Source of the DNA: a virus
Direction: 5' to 3' (one strand)
Length of the DNA: 64,000 nucleotides
Virus record (IMG/VR): IMGVR_UViG_3300032050_000036
Coordinates: 49,499 to 113,498 of that record
Numbering within the stretch: position 1 is the stretch's first letter; each line of letters starts with the position of its first letter. The notes under the pieces are model-generated. The model was given only the letters and a program-made list of their open reading frames with translations, did not search any database and was not told the origin of the DNA. A program made the position numbers and the translations under genes. Positions 28,188 to 36,138 of the stretch are shown in pieces.

Positions 28188-28439
28188 TTATTCCTGTTCT
28201 GCTAGTAGAATATAAGAATGAGTTGCGCCTTCATTTATTCTTTCAAGTTCAGCAAGCAATTCATCACGAGTAAAGAGTGAAGCGTCTCCAATTAAATCTC
28301 TAACTGCTTCAATATTCATCTGAGTAAATACTGGAGCAGGCACATTTTTAAGCATGCCTACGAATGGCGAATGGTCAGCGATACGAGAAACGAAATTTAC
28401 TCCGTTTGCGGTAAATGGGTAGTCTGTATAGTTTTTCAT
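28188..28439 (-). CDS. Hypothetical early protein
   Basis: AAAGGA RBS; TTGACA-17-TACAAT promoter. Confidence 0.7.
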   Translation of the reverse strand: MKNYTDYPFTANGVNFVSRIADHSPFVGMLKNVPAPVFTQMNIEAVRDLIGDASLFTRDELLAELERINEGATHSYILLAEQE

Positions 28440-28552
28440 TTATTTATTTTCCTTTTCTTTCGTTTTTACTATTGTAGCGATTTTCTCTAAGTTTGTCAAT
28501 TGTTGCGCTTTGCGCTGGCTCTCAACAAGAGCCTTGAATTCATCTAATTTCA

Positions 28553-28753
28553 TTAGTCATTATTCCTAACTGCTACTGTGCGGTAGGTATAACGACCAAC
28601 CTCACTACGAACACGAACAAGATACGCTTCAGCGTTTTCATACCATACGCAAGCAGGGTGTTTTTCTGCTTCTACAATTTCTCCAACAAGAGAATTGGAA
28701 CGATAAGTTTTGCCTACTAATAGGCTTGGGATTGAGTATAAATTAGCACTCAT
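28553..28753 (-). CDS. Small early protein (paralog B2)
   Basis: YSIPSLLVGKTYR. Confidence 0.7.
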   Translation of the reverse strand: MSANLYSIPSLLVGKTYRSNSLVGEIVEAEKHPACVWYENAEAYLVRVRSEVGRYTYRTVAVRNND

Positions 28754-28785
28754 TTTTTTACCTTCTTTCATTTTCTTACCCTGTA

Positions 28786-28807
28786 AGTTTAGCATTTTTA
28801 TCTGACA
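28786..28807 (-). promoter_or_regulatory. PafBC/RecA-NDp-type promoter
   Basis: TGTCAG-N10-TAAACT. Confidence 0.65.
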
Positions 28808-29096
28808 AAATCAAATCCAAAATGCGGATAAATCGGACATTTTTTAAATTATTTTTGTGGGAAAAATCACATCCCACGTAACACGACACGCCCGAGTACG
28901 GGGGTCGGCGAGTTTTATCAGCATGTCAAGATCAACATACCGCTTTTTATTTTTATTTATCAAACTCAAACTTTATTTTTACATTGTCTACCATGAATGG
29001 CAAAGTGTTATCAAGCAACGCCTGAATATTTTCAGTTAGATAGTCGTTATCTGTTTGATAAGTTATTGTGATTTTATAGTCCATTATTTATTTTCC

Positions 29097-29306
29097 TTAG
29101 TCTAAGAAAACTGCGCCTTTAGCAGTTTTATGATTAGCACATACATTACCACGAGGAATCTCTACATGGCAAACAAAGCAAAGCATTTTTACTTTTGCTT
29201 TATTTATGATTGCCCATTCAAGGTCAATCTTAGTTTCAACACTAGCATTTTCTAGCGATACCCAACCAGCACCGCTTTTATTCATTTCAAATATTTCAAT
29301 AGACAT
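29097..29306 (-). CDS. Small zinc-finger protein
   Basis: CFVC...CANH. Confidence 0.6.
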   Translation of the reverse strand: MSIEIFEMNKSGAGWVSLENASVETKIDLEWAIINKAKVKMLCFVCHVEIPRGNVCANHKTAKGAVFLD

Positions 29307-29308
29307 TA

Positions 29309-29503
29309 TTACAACACCCAACTTTCATTTGTATAAGATAACCACTCTCCGAGTGTCATCAAACCTTTATACTCATTACACTTTCCGCAGAAAGTATTTC
29401 CTGCGTAGTCATCACAAAAAACGCAAACGATTTGATTTGCTTCCTCATCGGAAACATTTGCGAGAGTAATCTCTCGGATTTCATATTTATTTATTGTAGT
29501 CAT
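29309..29503 (-). CDS. Small zinc-finger protein
   Basis: CVFC...CGKC; GAAAGG RBS. Confidence 0.7.
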   Translation of the reverse strand: MTTINKYEIREITLANVSDEEANQIVCVFCDDYAGNTFCGKCNEYKGLMTLGEWLSYTNESWVL

Positions 29504-29538
29504 TTTAGACCACCTTTCTTTTTTTATCTAATACGAGT

Positions 29539-29560
29539 ATTCTAGCAGGGGGGTCTGACA
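29539..29560 (-). promoter_or_regulatory. PafBC/RecA-NDp-type promoter
   Basis: TGTCAG-acccccctgc-TAGAAT. Confidence 0.7.
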
Positions 29561-29593
29561 TTTTTGGGGGTATAAAACGGACATTTTGGACTT

Positions 29594-29625
29594 TGTGAGG
29601 CACATCACATGTGACGTAAGCCACA
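29594..29625. promoter_or_regulatory. Two adjacent CRP/GlxR-type sites
   Basis: TGTGA-ggcaca-TCACA then TGTGA-cgtaag-CCACA. Confidence 0.65.
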
Positions 29626-29786
29626 CGTAAAAAGGTACAAAACGGACATTTAGCCGACGCTGTCGGGCGTGTCGCAGCGAGGTAGAAAATGTGTCCTAAT
29701 TCACACACGACACGCCGTGTTAGGACTTGACTTTTTGAGATTTATGTGATAGGATACTATTGTATTTTTAGAAAGGATATGTAGTT

Positions 29787-29954
29787 ATGTTATCAGATAA
29801 AACAATAGAAAAAATCGTTTATGAGTATCAGCATGGAGGCGTTCAGGCATATCACCCTGAAATCTCACTATCTGAGAGAAAGGCTCTCCTCAAGTACCTA
29901 TGGAGCCTACCATCTAAGTGTGCTCCAGAGTGTGAGGTAACTCACAAAAATTGA
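29787..29954 (+). CDS. Small early protein (55 aa, not in track)
   Basis: GAAAGGA RBS; TTGACT-17-TAGGAT promoter. Confidence 0.65.
   Translation: MLSDKTIEKIVYEYQHGGVQAYHPEISLSERKALLKYLWSLPSKCAPECEVTHKN
29931..29946. promoter_or_regulatory. CRP/GlxR-type site
   Basis: TGTGA-ggtaac-TCACA. Confidence 0.65.
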
Positions 29955-29984
29955 TGGACGACACGCCCGAAAAACAGGGCAAAA

Positions 29985-30006
29985 TGTCAGTGGTAGGGTA
30001 TAGCAT
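29985..30006 (+). promoter_or_regulatory. PafBC/RecA-NDp-type promoter
   Basis: TGTCAGTG-gtagggta-TAGCAT. Confidence 0.75.
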
Positions 30007-30042
30007 ACAGGTATTAGATAGAAAAAAAGAAAGGAAGTCAAA

Positions 30043-30195
30043 ATGACTAACACATACGAAAAACTTCACCCAATCTGCTCTACATGCGGACATGTCAATT
30101 CTTTTGAAAGTTGGGAAATGATTTGCCCAACAGATAAGACATACAAGACACGAGAGGTCTTGACCTTCACAGAGTCAGGCTACTATGTGAAGTAA
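30043..30195 (+). CDS. Small Cys protein (50 aa, not in track)
   Basis: GAAAGGA RBS; CSTCG. Confidence 0.65.
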   Translation: MTNTYEKLHPICSTCGHVNSFESWEMICPTDKTYKTREVLTFTESGYYVK

Positions 30196-30201
30196 ATCAC
30201 A
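30186..30201. promoter_or_regulatory. CRP/GlxR-type site
   Basis: TGTGA-agtaaa-TCACA. Confidence 0.65.
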
Positions 30202-30229
30202 CAAAAGGGGTAGCCACAGACCCCCAAAA

Positions 30230-30251
30230 TGTCAGTGGCAGGGGATAGAAT
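30230..30251 (+). promoter_or_regulatory. PafBC/RecA-NDp-type promoter
   Basis: TGTCAGTG-gcagggga-TAGAAT. Confidence 0.75.
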
Positions 30252-30279
30252 AAGATTACTAAATAGAAAGGATAACTAA

Positions 30280-30456
30280 ATGAAAACACTTAGTTACACA
30301 GCAGAAAAAGATAACACTCTTGTTTCTGTATCAAATCGCCTTATGGTTAGCGAGTATCAAATAAATAACCTACTAGATAGCCTAGTAGCAAATGGCTACA
30401 CTATCCTCACCACAGAGGTGAATGACGGAGATTACTCCCCACATTGGCAAGGCTAA
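30280..30456 (+). CDS. Small early protein (58 aa, not in track)
   Basis: GAAAGGA RBS. Confidence 0.65.
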   Translation: MKTLSYTAEKDNTLVSVSNRLMVSEYQINNLLDSLVANGYTILTTEVNDGDYSPHWQG

Positions 30457-30460
30457 CCCT

Positions 30461-30482
30461 TGTCAGTGCTACCTGATACACT
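30461..30482 (+). promoter_or_regulatory. PafBC/RecA-NDp-type promoter
   Basis: (T)TGTCAGTG-ctacctga-TACACT. Confidence 0.75.
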
Positions 30483-30506
30483 TACATTATTAGAAAGGAT
30501 AAATAA

Positions 30507-30623
30507 ATGATAAACACACTAACTAGAATAAACTGCGATGAGTGCCACGGGCACGGAGTTATCTTTTGGGGTAACGATGAGGATTATGATGTAGAACCTT
30601 GCGAGTGTGTGGCTAATGGCTAA
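30507..30623 (+). CDS. Small Cys protein (paralog C2, 38 aa)
   Basis: GAAAGGA RBS; CDECHGHG..GNDEDYD..CEC. Confidence 0.65.
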   Translation: MINTLTRINCDECHGHGVIFWGNDEDYDVEPCECVANG

Positions 30624-30730
30624 CTACTCAGCAGAACAACTACGCAGAAAGGCTCACCTTGCTAGAGGTGGAACACTTGCCAACTATGACCGCTCACATT
30701 ATGATAAAATAACAATAGGAGAAAATAAAA

Positions 30731-30928
30731 ATGATACCAATCAGACTAACAACAACTAACGGAGAGAGTAAGACAATGAACCTTCCAAATAGAGAAACAG
30801 TAGAAACTTTTATTACTACTTTCTCTAGTTCATTACCATTAGGCTATGCTGTATGTATAGACGCACCTCTCATTGGAATACACAATGGGTGGTTATTTGG
30901 AAAAAAGGAGCCAGCAGTACAAAAGTAA
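30731..30928 (+). CDS. Hypothetical protein
   Basis: AGGAG RBS. Confidence 0.65.
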   Translation: MIPIRLTTTNGESKTMNLPNRETVETFITTFSSSLPLGYAVCIDAPLIGIHNGWLFGKKEPAVQK

Positions 30929-30941
30929 ATCCTCCCCCTAG

Positions 30942-30991
30942 TAGTGAGCACAGAAAATAGATCCTTCAAAGTTGTGCTCACTATTTTTTTT
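30942..30991 (+). terminator. Intrinsic terminator closing rightward early arm
   Basis: TAGTGAGCAC/GTGCTCACTA stem then T8. Confidence 0.75.
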
Positions 30992-31081
30992 GTTTTATTT
31001 TTATTATTTCTGTATCATACATATTAGCAAAAAATTCAGATTTTTGTCATTTTGGTTTTGGGTATGCTGTATAATAAATAC

Positions 31082-31471
31082 ATGATATTCCATAAGCACA
31101 TGCTAGTAAACGCAAAAGTGTCTAATCCCATACGATCAGAAGATGAGGCGGTAGAGTTTCTAAAAGACTTAGTTCGCAGGGTAGACATGAAGATCATTAA
31201 AGGACCATTTGCTTCATATGTAGATGCTCCTGGCAACAAAGGTTTAACAGCAATCGTTATGATTGAAACAAGTCACATAGCATTTCACATCTGGGACGAG
31301 GTAGATCCAGGATTACTACAATTCGACCTATACACATGCGGTAGCCTAGATAAATTCACGGTACTTAATGCATTAAATCAAAGATTTGACATTAAGGCCA
31401 TTGACTGGGTTATCTATGACAGAGAGAATGGTTTCGTAGTTGAAGACATCTATATGTCGGAGAATCGCTAA
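31082..31471 (+). CDS. speD: S-adenosylmethionine decarboxylase proenzyme-like
   Basis: GLTAIVMIETSHIAFHIW, DLYTCG. Confidence 0.8.
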   Translation: MIFHKHMLVNAKVSNPIRSEDEAVEFLKDLVRRVDMKIIKGPFASYVDAPGNKGLTAIVMIETSHIAFHIWDEVDPGLLQFDLYTCGSLDKFTVLNALNQRFDIKAIDWVIYDRENGFVVEDIYMSENR

Positions 31472-31613
31472 TGTCAGAATCGCAAAAAATTTCAGAAATT
31501 GATAATATGGGTCGTGAAAAGTTTTGGGAAGATTTAGGAAGACCAGAAAACGATGGTTTGGCACTTAAGATATTTAAAGAAGAATGTTGCGAAAACTGTT
31601 CTTGTAAAAATAA

Positions 31614-32294
31614 TTAATTTACTTTAGTTTTCTTAATAAGGTCTACAATACTTAGACTGTCATTTTCTGCTAGAAGTTCTCTTAATCCAAATGAAACTTT
31701 TCTATGTTCTAATTCAAACCAATGAAACATAGGCATAGTATGTCTACGTGTTGGGCCATTAGGATTTTCTAAAACCTTTAATACCTCATGCTTAAAGTGA
31801 CAGGGAAAAAATACACATGTTCCCTTTTTAGGTTTGATAGTAATGTTGTAATCTGGAAAACGAATCTCTCCTCCAAGGTATTCATCGTTTAGGTACATAA
31901 GGCAGCCTATATCTAAAAATGGCCAATCTGGAGGGGTATCAAGACCATCTGCATGCTCTCCTAAAGCAGCATCTACTTGCCACCTAATAAGTTCATATCC
32001 ACTATGCCCCCTATAGCCTTTGATATCTAATCCTCGATCAAATATAAATCTTTTTGCTGCTTCTAGCATAGAGAGTCTTTCGTATTTATACATTATCTCT
32101 ATAACTTCTTTATCGTCAATTATGGTTTTATATTCTGTAGATTGTCCACCATATATTGGCTCAACATATGCAACATCTTTAAGAGATGTCACTGGAACTT
32201 TTGAGTAGAAAGAGTTAAGAACCTTTAAATCTTCTTCTTTAATAAAATTAGGAGCAACCTGTATCATATGATCATAGTGATATATGTCGTTCAT
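31614..32294 (-). CDS. 2OG-Fe(II) oxygenase, prolyl-4-hydroxylase-like
   Basis: HAD, YLNDEYLGGEI.F, HEV, R motifs. Confidence 0.88.
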   Translation of the reverse strand: MNDIYHYDHMIQVAPNFIKEEDLKVLNSFYSKVPVTSLKDVAYVEPIYGGQSTEYKTIIDDKEVIEIMYKYERLSMLEAAKRFIFDRGLDIKGYRGHSGYELIRWQVDAALGEHADGLDTPPDWPFLDIGCLMYLNDEYLGGEIRFPDYNITIKPKKGTCVFFPCHFKHEVLKVLENPNGPTRRHTMPMFHWFELEHRKVSFGLRELLAENDSLSIVDLIKKTKVN

Positions 32295-32295
32295 T

Positions 32296-32496
32296 TTACC
32301 ACTTCCCTATTGGACATGTTGCTAACTTTAAGGTTGTCTTAAGTTTCATAAAACAACCACATTTCTTACATTTTACCATACGCTTATTAAACCATTCGCA
32401 TGAGTTACATATTTTAAGGCGGGATTCAATTAATTCTCTATCGCTTCTTGGTTGAGAAGGATCAAATAAATCAGAGAATCTAACCTCTTCACTCAT
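32296..32496 (-). CDS. Small Cys-rich protein (DUF6171-like)
   Basis: RLKICNSC...CKKCGCFM..K.....CPIGKW. Confidence 0.75.
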   Translation of the reverse strand: MSEEVRFSDLFDPSQPRSDRELIESRLKICNSCEWFNKRMVKCKKCGCFMKLKTTLKLATCPIGKW

Positions 32497-33497
32497 TACA
32501 AGATATAACCATTATCCTTTAATGTATTATATATCTTATCGCTAATTGCTTCCATCATTGGTCTTTGTTGCTTATGCCACTCTTCAAGTTGAGTTAGATC
32601 TTGGTTTGCAGCCTTAGCCATATCTGTATTTTCTTTTTCAACAGCAGCAACCATTAGTTTAATCGCCTTTGATCTTTTTTCTTTTTCTTCATTGCTTTCT
32701 AGAACTGGGTCTGTAGGCTTAAATTGTCCTACAACTAAATTACCCATTTCTTCTTCTGAAAAATTTCCAGCCATTTCTGTCTCCTTTTTATTTAGTCTAT
32801 CTATTGTATCACTTATTCGTTTTTGTGCAATGCTGTATTGCTCTATAGAAATATCATTATATACATATTTACGATTAAGTTTTATAGATGAAACAGCAGC
32901 AGTGCCTGTTCCACCAAATATATCTGCTACAACATCTCCTGGTTTAGAGTAGTTATCTATTAAAATAGAAGACAGAGATTCTGGGAAACAGTCATAGACA
33001 AATCCTAGGTTATTATATTTTTCTAAATCTTCTTTGTCTGTGTTCCAGGGTAACTGTATGATAAAGTTATTCAACTTTTCATAGTTAGATGATTGTTGAT
33101 TAATTTTATTTAATATAATAATTAATGCAAACTCATCTCCATTTATAACTCTTCCATCATTAATAAAAGAACTGTCTCTATAATCCCAAATTATTGTTTT
33201 ATTAATATATAAATCGGTCTCTTTTATTTTTGCAATAATGTCAAATGAACTGCTATTATTTTTTAATATTATTAATATATTTCCATTATCTTTCAATGCA
33301 TAAGACATATGCTTTAAAGAATTCACAAATAGTTGAAGGTATTCGTCATATTCATTATTTTGTATTTGTCTAGTTAGATCTCCACCATAATGAACTTTAT
33401 TTGACACAAAATAGGGCGGGTGACTTAAAAATAAATCAACACTCTTTGGCTCTAAAAAAAAATCTGTAGCATCTTTATTATATATCAGATTACTCAT
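32496..33497 (-). CDS. N4/N6 DNA methyltransferase-like protein with C-terminal extension
   Basis: SHPPY, IIW, FP..L, DIFGGTGT. Confidence 0.8.
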   Translation of the reverse strand: MSNLIYNKDATDFFLEPKSVDLFLSHPPYFVSNKVHYGGDLTRQIQNNEYDEYLQLFVNSLKHMSYALKDNGNILIILKNNSSSFDIIAKIKETDLYINKTIIWDYRDSSFINDGRVINGDEFALIIILNKINQQSSNYEKLNNFIIQLPWNTDKEDLEKYNNLGFVYDCFPESLSSILIDNYSKPGDVVADIFGGTGTAAVSSIKLNRKYVYNDISIEQYSIAQKRISDTIDRLNKKETEMAGNFSEEEMGNLVVGQFKPTDPVLESNEEKEKRSKAIKLMVAAVEKENTDMAKAANQDLTQLEEWHKQQRPMMEAISDKIYNTLKDNGYIL

Positions 33498-33499
33498 AC

Positions 33500-34267
33500 T
33501 CACCAATCCATTTTATCATAATACGTAACAGAGTATTCTCCACCAAACACTTCAGCATATGAGAAAATATCACACATATATTTCCTGGTTGTTGTCAAAC
33601 CAACTTTATCGGTTTGATATTTATATCCCCTATTCAATGTTTCATGTGAAACCTTCTCTTGAACGAAAGCCTCATTAAGGGTTTGTATATACCGATCTTT
33701 GCCATACCGCTTTGACGTAAAGGATTGGTTTGGATATTTGATTCGTATACCGTCGTCAATTTGTCTGGCATCTTCGGTTTCATAAATAACATATTCCACT
33801 GCAGGACAAACCATCCTATCAGACCATGTTCGCATGTTATCGCTGTAATTATCCATATTGCGTAGGGTTGAATCAGCGTATGCCATGCGTATCATCTCTG
33901 TCGCCGATGTTTTAATTCCTGTTGCGAACGCAATTAAATAAGCGGTTGCGAATGGAAATTTGTCGCTGTACTTAGTTATGCCGAAATGAATATTGGGGTT
34001 AAAACTTTTCGACGACATATTGTCATTTTGTAAACGCATATGATTGCCGATTGAAACATAATCTGGGTGATTCATATCGCAGTCAACAAACAAACAATCT
34101 CTGGGACTAATTCCATCCGAAAGACAAAGAATATTCTTGTCATACGTGCCAACAACTTTTGCTCCGTTATAACGATTTAATAACTGCGCCGAAACAAAAC
34201 CGTCCATATCTGGGGAAATTATTAAATTTGTAGAATACTCCAGTGTGCGTAGTATCTCAGTTTTCAT
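33500..34267 (-). CDS. DHH-like phosphoesterase (tentative)
   Basis: PDMDG, FVDCD, GNH in DHH-family order. Confidence 0.5.
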   Translation of the reverse strand: MKTEILRTLEYSTNLIISPDMDGFVSAQLLNRYNGAKVVGTYDKNILCLSDGISPRDCLFVDCDMNHPDYVSIGNHMRLQNDNMSSKSFNPNIHFGITKYSDKFPFATAYLIAFATGIKTSATEMIRMAYADSTLRNMDNYSDNMRTWSDRMVCPAVEYVIYETEDARQIDDGIRIKYPNQSFTSKRYGKDRYIQTLNEAFVQEKVSHETLNRGYKYQTDKVGLTTTRKYMCDIFSYAEVFGGEYSVTYYDKMDW

Positions 34268-34300
34268 TTTTTTAAAATTCCCCTTATAATATGTTTTGTT

Positions 34301-34555
34301 ATGTCAATCGAATCTTGGGCAGCGTTAATTGTTTCGATATGTACCATTGTAGCATTTGCTGCAGGAAGTATCAAGTGGATGGTAAAACATTATTTAGATG
34401 AACTTAAGCCCAATTCTGGATCTTCAATAAAAGATCAAATTACACGTTTAGAACAAACATCAAAATTAGCAGAAGAAGATAGAAAAGAACTTCACAGAAA
34501 AATAGATAAGATGTTTGATGTTTTGCTAGATCATATATCTAAAACTACCAAATAG
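34301..34555 (+). CDS. Small membrane protein with coiled coil (possible lysis accessory)
   Basis: TM helix, ELKPNSGSSIKDQITRLE. Confidence 0.65.
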   Translation: MSIESWAALIVSICTIVAFAAGSIKWMVKHYLDELKPNSGSSIKDQITRLEQTSKLAEEDRKELHRKIDKMFDVLLDHISKTTK

Positions 34556-34770
34556 TTAATATATATTATATATAAAGAGATTTTATCTCTGAGGGAAAGT
34601 CCCCCCCTCCCCCCATAGATTTTTTATTACATCTACTGGCGAGAAGTGAGTTTTATCTCTAGTGCAAAGTCCCCCACAAACCCTATAAACACTATACCAC
34701 AAACTTTTATCTACTACAAACATTGTAAAGCAATATGTCCGTTTTATACCTTTATGATATACTTTTAATT

Positions 34771-34819
34771 GCTTGCCCCTTCGGTCTGTCTCTCATACCC
34801 ACCGACCTGGGGGCAAGTC
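34771..34819 (+). ncRNA. Putative hairpin small RNA
   Basis: CTTGCCCC/GGGGCAAG and TCGGT/ACCGA stems, CU-rich loop; TGATATACT directly upstream. Confidence 0.45.
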
Positions 34820-34846
34820 CATATTTCGTGGTATAATCTTTCTATT

Positions 34847-35245
34847 ATGGCAAATCTCTGTGCTCCCGAAATTTTTGGTGCTGATCCAGTTACCATTCAG
34901 TGGAGAGCAGTTCGTGGAGATACAGCAACATTAAGAGTAGAATTTTATGAAGACGATGAAGTAACTTACTATAATACAGAGGGTTGGATTTATCGTTGTA
35001 CCGCCTATGATCAGTCAGGAAATGTTTTAGATGCCCTCGATTGTGAGCCAGGAGAAGGTTTTGTAGATATTACTGCCTTTGCCTCTGTTACAAAAAACTG
35101 GGGTAGTGGATATTTAGCAAATGTTGCAGAATTACCATTTGACGTGCAGGTAATTATTCCAGAAGAAATAGAAGACATTGTTTGGACACCAGTTGTTGGA
35201 ACAATTTATGTTATTGGTGATGTTACACCAGGAGGTACTTTATAA
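34847..35245 (+). CDS. Virion adaptor-like protein (BppU-like, tentative)
   Basis: VRGDT..L.V.F, FDVQV, WT...G.I.V..DVT; paralogous to 36866 and 45717. Confidence 0.6.
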   Translation: MANLCAPEIFGADPVTIQWRAVRGDTATLRVEFYEDDEVTYYNTEGWIYRCTAYDQSGNVLDALDCEPGEGFVDITAFASVTKNWGSGYLANVAELPFDVQVIIPEEIEDIVWTPVVGTIYVIGDVTPGGTL

Positions 35246-36129
35246 TGGCAGTTATTAAGATTGTTCCTATGCCAGGCGCAAAAGGAGATCAGGGAGATGC
35301 AGGCTCTGTAGGTCCACAAGGTCCTCAAGGAGAAACTGGTGCAACAGGTTCAGCAGGTGCCGATGCTGTATGGTATTACAATGGTGCTTATAATCCAGGT
35401 GCAGCATATGCAGTTGGCGATATAGTTACATATGAAGGACAAACCTGGTATCGCAAAAATGCAAATGGTGGAAATGTTGGAGATACACCATCTGAAGGAT
35501 TGTTTTGGGATTTAATTGCAGCAAAAGGCGAACCTGGCTTAAATGGTCTTGAAGGAGAAACTGGTCCACAAGGAGAACAGGGAATTCAAGGTGAACAAGG
35601 ACCACAAGGTTTACAGGGAGAGCAAGGATTGCAAGGAATTCCAGGACCTCAAGGAGAACCTGGATCAATTACAAATTTAAAATTTGGATCATTTTTTGAT
35701 ACAACAGTTCAAACTGGCGGATCAATAAAACCATTTGAATTAAACTCAACAGATGTAAGTAATGGAGTTTCTATTGTAGATGGTTCACATATTACAATGA
35801 CAACACTTGGAATTTATAATATTGCATTCTCTGCACAATTACAAAAAACAGGTGGATCTTCTGCAGATATTTATATTTGGTTAAGACATAATGGAGTAGA
35901 TGTTCCAGACACTGCAACAATAATTCATATGGCAAACAATAATACATTTAATGTTGCTGCATGGAACTTCTTTGTTGATTGCAATACACTTCCACAAGAT
36001 TTTCAGTTAATGTGGTATACAGAATCTACAAGCGTTTCTATTGGGGCAATTAGCGATGCTGTTACTCCAGTTGGAGTTCCTTCTATACCGTCGATTATTT
36101 TGACAGTAAACAAAGTCGGAGACCTATAA
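35245..36129 (+). CDS. Collagen-like fibre protein with CBM5/12-like insert
   Basis: Gly-X-Y runs; AYAVGDIVTYEGQTW. Confidence 0.8.
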   Translation: MAVIKIVPMPGAKGDQGDAGSVGPQGPQGETGATGSAGADAVWYYNGAYNPGAAYAVGDIVTYEGQTWYRKNANGGNVGDTPSEGLFWDLIAAKGEPGLNGLEGETGPQGEQGIQGEQGPQGLQGEQGLQGIPGPQGEPGSITNLKFGSFFDTTVQTGGSIKPFELNSTDVSNGVSIVDGSHITMTTLGIYNIAFSAQLQKTGGSSADIYIWLRHNGVDVPDTATIIHMANNNTFNVAAWNFFVDCNTLPQDFQLMWYTESTSVSIGAISDAVTPVGVPSIPSIILTVNKVGDL

Positions 36130-36138
36130 GGTTAATCC

